Counted from the stretch's first letter, positions 47,301 to 61,700 are shown. The stretch is DNA of 64,000 bases from Octopus sinensis (GCF_006345805.1 NC_043019.1:26163360-26227359), one strand, 5' to 3'. Notes: a model not told the origin generated them from the letters alone. Made by a program: numbers and translations.

Positions 47301-50300
47301 ATACAACTTGCAATAAATCGAGAGAATCAGAAAGATAAATTGAAATGGTGTGTATTAACTGAGGGAGGGGTGGGGTTTTTTTTTTTTTCGTATGTTGATG
47401 TTGACAATTCATCTATGATGTTGGTATAAGTCTTTTAAGGCGGCGAGCTGGCAGATACGTTAGCACGCCGGGCGAAATGCGTAGCCGTATTTCGTCTGCC
47501 ATTACGTTCTGAGTTCAAATTCCGCCGAGGTTGACTTTGCCTTTCATCCTTTCGGGGTCGATTAAATAAGTACCAGTTACGCACTGGGATCGATATAATC
47601 GACTTAATCCGTGTGTCTGTCCTTGTTTGTTCTCTCTGTGTTTACCCCCTTGTGGGTAGTAAAGAAATAAGTATAAGTCTTGGCCAATTTATTTGTGATG
47701 AAGACCAGCAATTGCCCATACCATACTTTTTAAGTCTTTTCTCTCTGCACCACAGATATTTATCCCAGAGAGGAGGCCACCAACTTGCTATGATACAACT
47801 CGGCTGAATCAATGTTGTAGCGAGTTGTTACAGTCAAAACTAAAACAGCTTGAACAAATACCACAAAGCAATCAAGCCCCCCACCTCACCCCAACAGTTC
47901 TACTAATCCACCAACGTGGATTGGCACATGTTTTTATATCAACCCACAAAAGGATGAAAAGTAACCTTTATGGGATTTGATCTGAGTTCAGAGAGTCAGA
48001 ATAAATCAAGGCATTCTATCCAACTTTGCCAATTCGCTACTTTTGCTTATTAATTAATTACAATTGTACACTATTACAGTACAAATAATTACAGTCCTAT
48101 GTTAATTGATTACAATTGTATATTAATTGTATGTTAATTACAATTGTATATCAGTTGCTACGATTATATTTAAATTATTACAACTATACTAATTGTTACG
48201 GTACAGTAATTAGCTATATATTAATTGTATGTTAGTTGATTACAATTGTATATTAGATTATATGTTAATTATTACAACTGTATACTAATTGTTAGTTAAT
48301 TATTGCAATTAATTGCAGAAGGATAACGTTTTAGCTCATGAATTTAGTGGTCAGTATTGTTGGGTAGCAGAGGTTATATTGAAGGAATCCGGAAGCGAGG
48401 ATGAACCCAATGAACAAGACAAACCATAACTATACCTGAAACAATTCATCAAAGACATCTTCATCTTGGCGCGAAGAAACAAACCGCAGGTGATCTTCAT
48501 TAGCTAAAACCATTCTTGCCTGTGAGGGGACTGCTCCTTGACCAGTTGTCAGCTGTAGAACGTCTGGCCCTAGTAATCTAGAAAAGGAAAAAATTATACA
48601 TTAGTGAGAACAAAAAAATGAAGGAGAGAGAGAGAATGTGACTGTATGTATGTATTGTCTATACTGACTTTTTTGTGTGTGGGAGGTCTTGTGTCATGAA
48701 CAACAGATGAGAGTTCTGCAACTTCCTGCAGAACAACCTGCATAGATGATTTTTTTTTTTTAATAGTGATCAAATGTGTGTGCTTGTATTATTAGCTCTC
48801 ATTTCCTCATTTCAAATTGATATTGCCTGTACAGTGATCACAGTGCAATGTCAAACGAAAGGATTCTGCTCAAGAACACAATGCATCATCCAGTCAGAGA
48901 ACTGAAACAAGGATCATGAGTGCAACACCCTAACTATTAGGGGCCATACACATTGACATTTACACAAAATAAGATTCCTACAAGCTAAATCTAAGTAAAC
49001 AAGGAATCCAAATATAGGTAGAAATTTTGAGGGAGAAACAGGGGTTATAACTGAATTTATGTGGATTTAATTTATTGAGCCACAGCAAATGACAAGTAGT
49101 CACAGAAGAACATCAAATGAGAACATAAGGTGGGCAAACTTAAATACCTATTTCTTTATTACCCACAAGGAGCTAAACACAGAGGGGACAAACAAGGACA
49201 TACATAGGCATTAAGTCGATTACATCGACCACAGTGCGTAACTGGTACTTAATTTATCGACCCCGAAAGGATGAAAGGCAAAGTCGACCTCAGCGGAATT
49301 TGAACTCACAACGTAACGCAGACGAAATACCGCTAAGCATTTCGCCCAGCGTGCTAACATATCTGCCAGCTCGCCGCCTTTTTAAATACCACAGGGTATT
49401 TTGTCATCCACAGCCCTGTAAGTGTTAAAATATATAGGTATGAACCCTGTCCCACACTTTCAAGGGATGAAGAAATGGTAAACTAATGTTATTGACTCTT
49501 TTTCAGACTCCATCCAGTGGCAAAAGCAAAAAGAAAATATACCTGAAGTTTTCAATCCAAACTCTAAGAACTAAATTAGGGGATCGTTAGCTTTTATCAA
49601 ATAAAGATGACATTATTCGGGGTACAAAACAACTCAACAGCTGCCAAATCTCCCTCAAATCACACACTATCTTTAAAAAACACACATTGGATAATATAGT
49701 CTGAAACATTGTCTGAATACAAGACAGAGTTGTCATGTCAGAAATATATTTCTTTACTGCCCACAAGGGGCTAAACATAGAGACAAACAAGGACAGACAA
49801 AGGGATTAAGTCGATTACATCGACCACCCCAGTGTGTAACTGGTACTTTATTTATCGACCCCGAAAGGATGAAAGGCAAAGTCGACCTCGGCGGAATTTG
49901 AACTCAGAACGTAACGGCAGACGAAATACAGCTACGCATTTCGCCTGGCATGCTAACGATTCTGCCAGCTCGCCGCCTTATGCCATGTCAGAAATAGCTT
50001 ATTCTAGGCCTGCTACATCAAGCTTCACCTACAAATAAAACGGAAAAAAATAATGGTCACATAGAGAGTTCACCTTTGTAATATAACTGGTGTGTTTGGT
50101 TGTCTGTTGTTAGCACTGTGGATATTAACTTGTAATGTTGAGGTGCTTGGGTTAAAGCGATATGTATTACGCTGCCTGTTGCCACGATGAACGCGGGCCA
50201 CACCCATCACTGGAGCTGGTTCAGGGTTACGGACCAAAAGTGGATGGGTTGTAGGCACAGAACTGGGAGCAGGTGGCAAAGAAGGAACTGAAAAACAGCA

Positions 50301-52749
50301 CAAGTTCATTAACAACAATAGCAGTAAGTTGGAAACAGGAAAAGTATACACAACAAATTTTCACACTTTTTTTTTTTTTTCTGACCTTTATAAACTAAAG
50401 CAATGCCTTAAAAAATTTATAACTGCTTTATTATTAAGTACACTATTGTAACAGGAACAGTAACATTTAACCCTTCAGCATTCAGATTACTCTGTCAAAT
50501 GCAATGCTTATTTATTCATATTGTTTTAAAATTAATCAAGCATTATCTTGCGGCTTCAAGATTTCAATGATGTGATTATTTTTCGAATAACACTGTAAAA
50601 AAGTAGGTGCAAGGTTTTAATATAAAATAGGCAAAATATTTGGGCCTGACACGGCAGGTTTAAATGCTAAAGGGTTATGTCAATAAACATCAATTGTTAA
50701 TTAATTTAAATATTTTATACAAGTGGAAAATATTTTTTAAAAAATGGATTTATTTACACACATTCACACACACACACAAGAGCTGCCTTCAAGCTGTTTA
50801 CTTATGATGTGTAATAAAGGAATAAACACTGATTTTGAATCAACAATTCTATTTGGAAACAAAACTTAATACAGAGAACTAAATATTAATGTTATATATA
50901 TATATATATATCAATACAAAAAGGACAGGAGAGAGGAACACTGAATAAATGATAGCTTAGTGTGATATAACCATGAAAATAATATTCAACACTGCTTACT
51001 TTAAAACCAAATATGGTGTAACAGTGTGGTATGAGAAGGTAATCTGCTAATAGATGCCCTGTCTTTATTAGATTAACTTCGTGTTATTACATTTTTTTTT
51101 TTAAACCAAAACTATTTACAAAATTGGAAATCAGAATCAAAGTCCTTCAAAACATTGTCTTGCAATGAGACTGGAACCATTGTCATGGTACCATTCCTAC
51201 ATAATCTGTAGTATATTGTTATCACACCCATGGACAACAACTTGCAATGGTATTAGATGTGAAAAGAGATCTGTCATCATATTATTATGACATGGAGTAC
51301 TATATTCCCATAATGCTCAAATATCAGTGTCATCCTGTAAAAAAGTTAATACCAGGAAAGGGTTCCTGCTGCAAAACGGGCTCTAATAATAAATGGATTC
51401 TTTCAGGACACAAAGCTGGTTTTCCCAAGAGAAGGAAATATATTCAATTGAATCAACTATTTTAAAACATCCATAAACTCAGATTGTATTTGAAATAAGT
51501 ATTGTAGGGTTTATAGCAATAATGAGCAATCTGTGGCCCATATGGTCCCCCCCCCCCAAAAAAAACATCCCTCCAATTTGCTTTTTTTTTTTCTTGTACA
51601 GCTTGCCTGACAATGTGCCATGTCTCATATGGCCTACTTCTCGAAAAAAAAAGCTGCTGAAGCTTGGTTTATAGTCTGGCAATACTGTTCTGGACACCAA
51701 CCCTACTCTCAACAACTTAGTGAAGGCAGGTGGTTTAGTGGTTAGGGTACTCAGATCTCAATTGTAAGGTCGCAAGTTCGATTCCCGGCAGCGCATTGTG
51801 TCCTTGAGCAAGGCACTTTATTTCACATTGCTCCAGTTCACTCAGCTGGCAAAAATGAGTCAATGAGTCATACCTGTAATTCAAAAGGACCAGCCTCATC
51901 ACACCCTGTGTCATGCTGAATCTCCCTGAGAACTACGTTAAGGGTGCACATGTCTGTGGAATGCTCAGCCACTTTCATGTTAATTCCACAAGCAGGCTCT
52001 TCCATTGATCGGATCAACGGGAACCTTTGTCATCATAACCGACCGAATACCAGTTCCGTGATTACATCATACGCAGCTCACATTAAACAGGTTCTACAAA
52101 CTCCTATGCTTTTAATACAATTAGCTGCCCTACAGATTAAAAATCGAAGGAACCATCTCATTCATAACAACATCACTTAACAAAGACTGTTAACAAGATA
52201 TTTGTTGACTTACCTGATGTTTCATTACCATTGTCTTCATGGAGAGAGAATGGCAAATGATAAGTACGAAAACTGGAATTATCATTAAAAACAACATGCT
52301 GGCCTGAAAAGATTTGATTACTATAGTTCCTGTGGATCACTAGTGAGAAATCAAAAATAAGCAAACATACTGTTGGATTTATTAGCTTAACTAAAATTAT
52401 TAATTACCTAAACTCGTTTTAATGTAATAATAGACTGTAAATATGTTTTGAGAAGTTTGTAGAAGGCAGAGAAAGACAACAGTATCAGTGAGTTTTGATA
52501 CTTATTCATTCCCACTCAGAAGGACAGCAACCGTGTAGTGTGGGGACAAAATTGAACATCATTATGATTATTATTATAATATATTCAGTCCAGTAATCAA
52601 ACTGTTTCAGCCATCTCCACCATCTTGTGGAATATCTATTTTAATTGAAACATTTAAATGGTCTAAAAAAAATATGATTAAAACATTTGAAATAAGTCAA
52701 TAAGAAAACGAGTTATACAAACACAGGGTAAACATGATGGCTCAGAAAT

Positions 52750-52782
<33 letters not shown>

Positions 52783-55700
52783 GAAAGTGGGAAGTTTTGA
52801 TGTTCATGCCTTTGCATAAGAACATCAATGGCTGAGAGTATAAAACAAGCAGTTTAGACATGGACTGAAACCAGACCACAAATCCAGTAGTGGTCAGAGC
52901 TAATATAGCTACAATTGCTGTAGTAGTAGTAACAATAATAATGCAATAACAATAATAATAAAAATAATAATAATGTAATAGAATTGATATATTATGTTGA
53001 AGAGAAAGAGTGAAGTTCAACACACCTGTTGAGAACACATCATCCACACGGAGGAGATAGTCGTCATCAACAGCCTGGGCCATTGAACTATCCACTTCCT
53101 GGTAGTCATCATCTTCATCTTCGTCATCAGCTTCCATCATACACTCAGAACCCTGGAAAACAACATGGCAAAAGAACACGCTATAAATCAAGGAAAGGGA
53201 GCCTGACCTTAAGTTCAGATTCTAAGAGTTTGGAATTAGCAAAAGAAGTGCTTTTGCTTTTTACATAGGATTATACTTATATTCAGACAGACACAGACCC
53301 CAACACCCACTGTGTGTCATTAAAAGATTAGTTTACATTTTGCATTTTTATTTCTTGTTTTACAATTTATATTTTCCTTTAACCCTTTAGCATTCAAACC
53401 AGCCATATCCGGCCAAAATTATTCTACCTGTTTTATGTTCAGACTGGCCAGATCTGGTCTCTCACACCGACCCTACAATGTCGTTTTAAAAATTAACAGC
53501 TACCTCATCAAAATCTCATAGCACCAAGATAATACCTGATTAGTCCAAGGCAATGTGGGTAAAAAAGGATTAATTTTGGCAGAATAATGCAAACACTAAA
53601 GGGTTAATTCAAACATTTTAACCTTTTTGTTACCATATTTCTATCGAAATTCACAGCCATTGTTTCATTTAATTTTGAAAATGAAGAAGAATTTAGTAAA
53701 ACGATTTTGTCATTATGAAACTTGTGTTTGGAATATAAATAGCATGAAATCTTTATGGAAAGAATTTTGAGTGACTATTTGAAAGAAATGCAAAGACATT
53801 TACAAAATGGAAACATTCACTAATATGACAAACAGCAGTAAGATTGGTCAGAAGAAACCCAATGTGGAAATATAACAGGTGAAGTTCAACACACCTGTTG
53901 AGAACACATCTTCCACACGGAGAAGATAGTCGTCATCAACAGCCTGGGCCACTGAACTATCCACTTCCTGGTAGTCATCATCTTCATCTTTGTCATCAGC
54001 TTCCATCATACACTCAGAACCAAAATGGCTGCTAAATATTCTCACATCCAGATAAATGCATATTACATGACCACCTTGGGTGTTATCTCACAGTGGATTG
54101 ATCCAGCAAGGATTACCCAACAATGAGTAATTACACACCAAGACTACAAACTGCAACCATCCATTGTTTTCATATATAAGCTTGAACTTGGAGGAGATAA
54201 AGTTATAAATGATGGGATGTAAAATATTGGGTTAAAAAACTTTAGATGAGAAAAAGTCAAATGGCAGCCTTTAACCTTTTCTATTCAATGGGTTTGTTTT
54301 TTTTTTCACTCAATATTCACACACTATTATAGCTTTATCAACTGCGAGTTCATCATTTAACATCCATGTTCCGTACTGGTATGGGGTTGAATGGTTTTTC
54401 TACTGCTGGATGTTCCTCCCAATGCCAACCACCACGTCACTGTATGGACTGGGAGCCCTTCTTTGTGCCACCTACACTATTAAGGTCACCATGCAGTTCG
54501 AAATAATTTACTTCAATTCCTTAACAGTTTCCAAAATTCTTATAAAGAGACACACACAAGCAATACCTTCTAGATTTCAATCTATCTTAATCAAAACAGA
54601 AAATTCAGTTACACCATTGTTTTTTTTAGTTTTTGTTTTCCTTTAAAATCACCTTGGTATTTTCCTCATCATTTAACAGCCATCTTTCATGCTGGCATGC
54701 GTTAGTTTGACAGGAGCTAATCAAGCTGCACCAGGGTCCACTGTCTGCTTCGACACGGTTTCTACAGCTGGGTGCCCTTCCTAACACTGACACTTTACAG
54801 AGTGTACTGGGTGCTTTTTATGTGGCACCAACACCAGAGCTTACTTGAATTCATTCCTATTTTTGTCACCAACAGGTTTCACTGCTGATAATGTTAACTG
54901 ATAACCCAAAGCATTCAGTTTGTCTATTAATGAACTATACACAACATTTGCCTTAGTTACATTTCGTCCAGAGACAATGATTCATTCATTCACCTTAAAT
55001 CCAGTGGAGGGAGGTTTTTCACAAAGCCGTGTGTAAATTGGTAGGGACATGTATAGCTTTGTCATCTTATGTAGATGCTACCCTAAACTTGACCACAGAA
55101 TGAGCAATCATTTCAGCTTGTGACAAAAGAGTAGTCTTCTATAAAACGTAAAAAGTAAAAGTAAGCAACCTAGCACCTCAACCATACTGAACTTCATATA
55201 CAATAACATCCATCAACAACCGACCGCAGACAGACAAGAGAACAACAGAGAAAGAAGGCAGTCGTTATATAAAACACTAGTTACCTCATCCTCATCTTCC
55301 TCATCTTCATGCTCTTCATCATCTTCATTGTCACAGACATCTCCTTCCTCATCCCCTGAACCACTTTCCTCTTCGGAACCTTCTTCTTCATGAACATCTA
55401 TTGAAATAAAAATGAGAAAAAATTAATTAGTCAATTAATCAATCATTGATGAAACCAGTTAATCTAAATATGTAATTAAGGACAAAGCAGCTAAATACGA
55501 AGGATTACTTTAGAAACACAAAAGAAATTAAAATGTTCCATTATTACACCCAACACATTCATTTCAATATTTCTAGGGATTCTTTAAATTATACATTCTT
55601 TGGAAACATTTATCCTTTCCTTACGGACAAATTATAGCCTTCTAATATACATAACATATATATACATTAAATACTGGGGTTTGATGCAATTGATTAGACC

Positions 55701-58700
55701 CCCTCCCATACATTTTTCAGGCCTTGTGCCTATAGTACAAAGAATTATCATTATTTCAATTATTATTATTATTATTAAAGCAATGAGCCAGAAAGTTGGA
55801 CAAAATGCCTAGTGGCATTTCTTTTGGCCCCTTACGTCAAGTTCAAATTTCACTAGAGTTGACTTTGCCTTTCATTCTTTCAGCGTTGATAAAATAAATA
55901 CCAGTTGAGCACTGGGGACAGAGGGGTGTCAATGTATTCGACGAGCCCCCTCACTCAAAATTTCTGGCCTTGTTCTTATAGTAGAAAAAAATTATTATAA
56001 CAACCATTATCATTAACATCATTATTACTATAATTTTTTTTTTATTAATCACATATCTTTTCATGTCCCTTGTTCATTTCAGTATCAACCGTCATTCCAG
56101 ACACTAAAAATATATACCAGTAATATATTGGTGTTAATTCAATTATACTTTGTACCCCGGTAATAACATACCTGTAATAACTTATTTCCTCTTAACATAT
56201 ATTACTGTATGTTGCAAACACTGAAACCCTTTACTATTTGAACTAGCCAGATCTAGCCCAGATATTCTACCTGTTTTTATGTTCAAACTGGCCAGATCCA
56301 GCCTTTCGCATCAACCCTACAATGTCATTCTGAAAATAATCACATCATCAAAATCTCAAAGCTACGAGATAATCCAGGATTAAAAATCAAAACAGTGTGA
56401 ATACATAAGCATTACATTTGACAGAATAATCTGAATGCTAAAGGGTTAAATGTAAAGAGAGTGTGTATGCGTGTGTGTGTATGTGTGTAGAAAAAAACTA
56501 TATCTAGATTTCAGAAAAGCAAAAGTTTATTATAGCTGCAAAGTGAGTGTTCAGCGATTATTGGATTATAATATTTCAGTTAGGGAAGAAAGAGAGAGAG
56601 AGTGAGACAGAAAGTAAGAAGACTAAATCCAAAAATCATGCAAAAATTATAGAAATTACTACTAATTAACTAATGTCTCAATTCCACTAATTGGATTTGG
56701 TTTGACGAACTCTAAGAATACATCTGCATAGAATGTTAGTTAGACTTGTTGCTATCATTTAAACTGGAATAAGGGCTTAATGTGGTGGGTTTTTTTAGCT
56801 TTTTTTTTTTAAATTTTATTTTTAGGAGACAGAAAATAAGCAAGTAAGAGATGATAGATAGGAAGAGAAAGGGGAGATTAAAGTTAGGGGGAGACAGGGA
56901 CAGTTAGAAAAGAGTGAAAGAGAAAACCCTGCACCCAGACCTAAAACATTTTTTTTTTTTTAAAATCTGTTTCTAGGGTTTGAAATTTTGCTAAATTACT
57001 GGAGTGGGAAGTCATGCTGTAGCAGATAACACTAGACATTCTAAAGCAGTAACTAAACAAAAAGCATCCAAGCTAAAAAGGTAGGAAAAAAAAAAAACTA
57101 CCATTTATCTAGACATACACTATATAGGACAGTTCTACCCAAAAGATTCCCATGATTCTTAGTCAAGCCTGGTTAATTTTGTGTTGCTGAATTAAAGCCA
57201 CGGAATCCTCCTCCTCATCATCATCATCATCAGTCTACTAGGTACACGGGTGAAGAAGACTGATTAAACAATACAATTAACATACCTCTCTTCCATTAGG
57301 TGAGCAAAAGGAGGCTTTTGTCAAAGCAACTTGTGGAAATGCATCTTATTTTATTCAGAAAATGTACAATTAAATTAATTAAATTCAGCTGAATGGCATA
57401 ACGACACCGAAATCAAAGTAGAAAATTTTTTAAATGCATATGTATGTGATTGTATGTGTACATAAGAGTCCTATATAGCGAGAAACAAAATGACGATGAA
57501 TCATTAACTTCAAACTTTACATTACACTTTACTGCATAATCTCGTGTGTGTGTGTGTGTGTGTGTGTGTGGAATGCACATCTGTGTGTATACGTTAGAAT
57601 GATTAGTACTGAGTGTTTGCAGAGACATAGGCTATTTCCTAACTACAACAGGAGGTGAAAAAAAAAAATGCTAGAGTTAATATTGTGCGTGTGTTGTGTA
57701 ATGGCAGGTAATTAAATTAATAGCGCTTTAGCATCTTTAAAATAAAAGACACATCCAAAAAGCTCGTTAAGCTCATTAAAGCCGGTTCCGTCGAGTTAGC
57801 CACAACCAAAGCCGTTTCACCACTGATCCATGATGGGAAGAAGCGGTCTGGGAGGAGGGGAGGGAGGGAAAAGTGGGGAAGCTGATTGGGTGAGTAGGGA
57901 GGAATGGGGCGTGCTACAAAGTAAACACAATTAACCCAAGCTTTGACTAACCTTCATTATTTTCAGCATCCTCACCTTCAGAACTCTCTTGACTTATCAT
58001 CTGAGAATCATGCCTGTCTATTTCTTCCTGCTCAACATCGACATCAATAATAACATCTGGAGACTCGTCATCATTGTGAGCCGACAAGGGTTCTTCAGCT
58101 GAAACAGACAGGCAGGTTACTCCAGAAACAGGTCTCATAAGCCAAGCTCCAACATTACTAATCCTAGCCTAATTACAAGTCCCTCCACTAGCCCAGCCCA
58201 CCGACAACTACAATGGAACCCCATAGAATGGCCATTGTTCAATGGCACACAGAGTTTTATAAAACACTGACTAATAAAGATTCACCTAACTTCCCTCTCA
58301 GCAGAAAAAGAAACACTTACCTGTTTCCATAATTATTTCACTAATGACTTGCTGTTCAGGATCACGACCTGAATCTCTTTGAAATAACTCGTCTATTACA
58401 TGGTCTAAGTTACTGTGAGCCTGAAGAAAGATAATATTTCATAAACCAACAGGGGAAAGAGAGAGAAAGAGAGAGAGCGAAAGAGCAAGAAAGAAAGAGA
58501 GAGAGAGCAAAACAGAAAGAGAGAGCAACAAAATTGATTTAAAATATCTGACAGATTTTTACAGATTATTTCCAAATTCTACAGTAAATTTATGTAAGTA
58601 GCTGACAATGAATAAAACTACCAAATATTTTCATAAATCATTGGATCTATAGAACTAAATATTAATGTCTTTGGATGGGCTCTGAAACTTCATTTCTGAA

Positions 58701-61700
58701 ACTGATTACATAAATCAAAGAAAACAGGATATAACTAATCTGTTAATATACATGACAAACAGCCATGAAGAACCTTTGTCCAAAGCTATTTTGATACATT
58801 GATTTCAGATGGCCAAGTCTACATTATTGAATCCTATTTGTTTTACAGTTTTCCTGCATGAGTTAGATGAATATATCATTGAGGTATTGTCTTACAAGTA
58901 AGGCATCTCTTATTCTACACAACATCAGAAAGTGTAAAATGATAGGATTTGTTGACAAGAGTAATGCCAATAGCACCAACAGTGAACTATCATAATATAC
59001 ATATATATATATTCACACACACATACAAAGCTTCTTTCAGTTTCCCTGTCTCAAATTCACTCACAGGGTTTCGGTTGGCCTAAGGCCACAGTAGAAGATA
59101 CTTGCTCAGGTTACCAGACAGTGGGGTTGAACCCAAAACCACATGGTCACCAGTTGTTCTTGTGTCCAGGAACAACAGTTTCTAACTAAGCTGGAACAGC
59201 AAAACTAAAATTTATGCTGCAACAGCTTGCAATGTTGTGCTTAATCTTTGGGTGTATATGTGTGGGTGGGTACATTATATATATATATACACATACATGC
59301 ATATACATACATACATATACATACAATATATATACATATCTCATTTAACGTCCATTTTTCATGCTGGCATGGGTTGGATGGTTTGACAGATGACTAGCTG
59401 AAGGGCTGTTCAGGATCTATGTTTTGGCATGGTTTCTACAGCTGGATGCCCTTCCTAACACCAACCACTTCACAAAGTGTATTGGGGTGCTTTTATGCAG
59501 CACCGGCATGGGTGCTTTTTACGTAGCACCAGCACTTACAAACCTGTAAGATTAGGGATGCAAGGGACAAGTCTGTATGCATGGGCAACAACACTCAGCT
59601 TGACATGTCTTTTCAAGCACAGCAAACCACCAGGAGTTTTGGTTCCCTTTCATACCATCTGAGTCCTAATGTTTGCAGAACCTTTCTTTCTCACTACTTT
59701 TGTCCATGTATATACAGGGTGCGATGAATGAATTGTCTAAATTACGCAAAAGTGAAAATAACACTGACATCTCATTTTAACATATATTTACTCAAGTTAC
59801 ATAAAAAATATCTTGAAATACTAAAGAGAAAATTTATTCAATAAAATCGCCATTGGCTTCAACCATGGTCTCTAGATGACTTCGGAATCTCCTGCAAATC
59901 TTCTGGACGGTATCTTTGTTTAAGTTGGTGAATGCTGCCATAATCCTTGTCTTCAGTTCATCTTTAGTGTACAAGGAGTTTTGTTGGTCTCTCGCTCAAC
60001 TGTGCGCCACACATAATAATCAAGGGGGTTGCAGTCTGGGGAGTTAGCTCGCCAGATGTTAGGGGTGATGTGGCTGCAGAAATTGTCTGACAGCCATGAC
60101 TGGGTTCTCCTGCTTGTGTAGCATGGTGCAGAATTCTGTTGCCAGACATAAAATCTTCCAACAGCCATCCTCTTCACCCAGAGTAGCACTATCTCCTCCA
60201 GGCACTTGATATAGGTATGGTCATGTGATGCATACGAACAAGGACAATCATGTAAAGAAGTGCTGAACTCTAACTGTGGTGGGGACCTGTGGTTGAGGTA
60301 GTCCCAGGAAGACATTGGATGAGGTAATGAAGCATGACCATCAAACTTTGAACAACACAGAGGCAATGACTAGTGACCGAGACCTTTGGCGATGTGCTCT
60401 GGATCCTGGTACAGCCTTCCAGCATGCCAGCCTAGTCAAACTGTCCAACCCTTTCCAGCATGGACAACAGACACTAAATGCTGATGACCAGATCTGACAA
60501 GCCACAATACTACAATGAGCTCCAGTGTCAGCTTTGATATGTTTTCTATGGCTGGACGTCTGCTTTTTGCATGCCACCAGCACTAATGTGGTTGCCATGT
60601 AAGTTGCAAGATAGAAGAGGAAAGCCCCTCCTTATAACTAAGAGGGTATTGGTGAGGACGAGGTGACTTTATGCCAGGTGCTGAGAGGCTAAAGTATGAC
60701 AGAAGGACAAGGACAGAAGATACATGGCTACCCCGCATTATAAGGGTGGGTGATATAATTTTAAGGAGGCTGAATAGTAACAACAGTTTTTTAAAACAGT
60801 CATTAAGGTATCAATTGCTAATGAAGATATCAAAGCCCCCATAAGCTTTTAATGGTCAGTAAACGGCACTAATTTTATAAAGGAGAGGAGATATTTGCCT
60901 CTGTATTGGTCTATGGTAACATTTCCCCAGATGATACAGCACCTATAAATAACAGTCAGGTATACTAGGGTGATCCAAACAAGTTACTAGGTCAATGGTA
61001 AAACAATGAGGAAATAATAAATTAGTCAAGGAAAATAAGATTACATTGTTTAAAAATTGAAAAAGAAAAAAAAAGAACAACAAATTCTTCACTGCCTGTG
61101 TTATAAATCAATTTGAAAGACATGTAAAAACTGACTGGAAGAGACTTATGACAATATAAAACATAACATTGAGAAAATATTAAAAATAAATTTACTCAAT
61201 TTTTTTTTAATATTTCAGAGAAATTACATGGAAAGCAGTTTAAATCCAGGTCAACACTAAACAAATCTATCACATAAGTATTACCGTAAATGGCTAGTTA
61301 TGGTCCATAGATTCACTGCTCCAGATATACCAATGTTTTGCTGAAGATTACTTTATGAGTGACAACAAGTAGTGGTTGCCTCAATAAACTAGACATATTT
61401 CAATTAAAAATAGTTTCAAGATGACATTCTTCAATAAAGAATATCTTGGTATACAAAACTATCTGTTGTTAAGGGCAATGAAGTTTATTTTGAGTGGATA
61501 TATCTGATTTCCACAGTGTTAATTTAATAATAATAATAATTCACACAAGTTTTGAGTTTGGATACAGAAACAGAGAAAAGTACTCAACACATGTAGTAGA
61601 GTATATATAGTTCTTCAAGTGAGTTTATGACTCCATATATACACAAACATCAGAAAGCTGCAGTTACAACAGAGTGAATCAGCTTCTAATGAAGAGACAC

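Noticed and set aside
601-52045. A-box/B-box motifs suggesting tRNA genes
   Set aside because: They are tRNA-derived SINE heads; no cloverleaf or acceptor stem.
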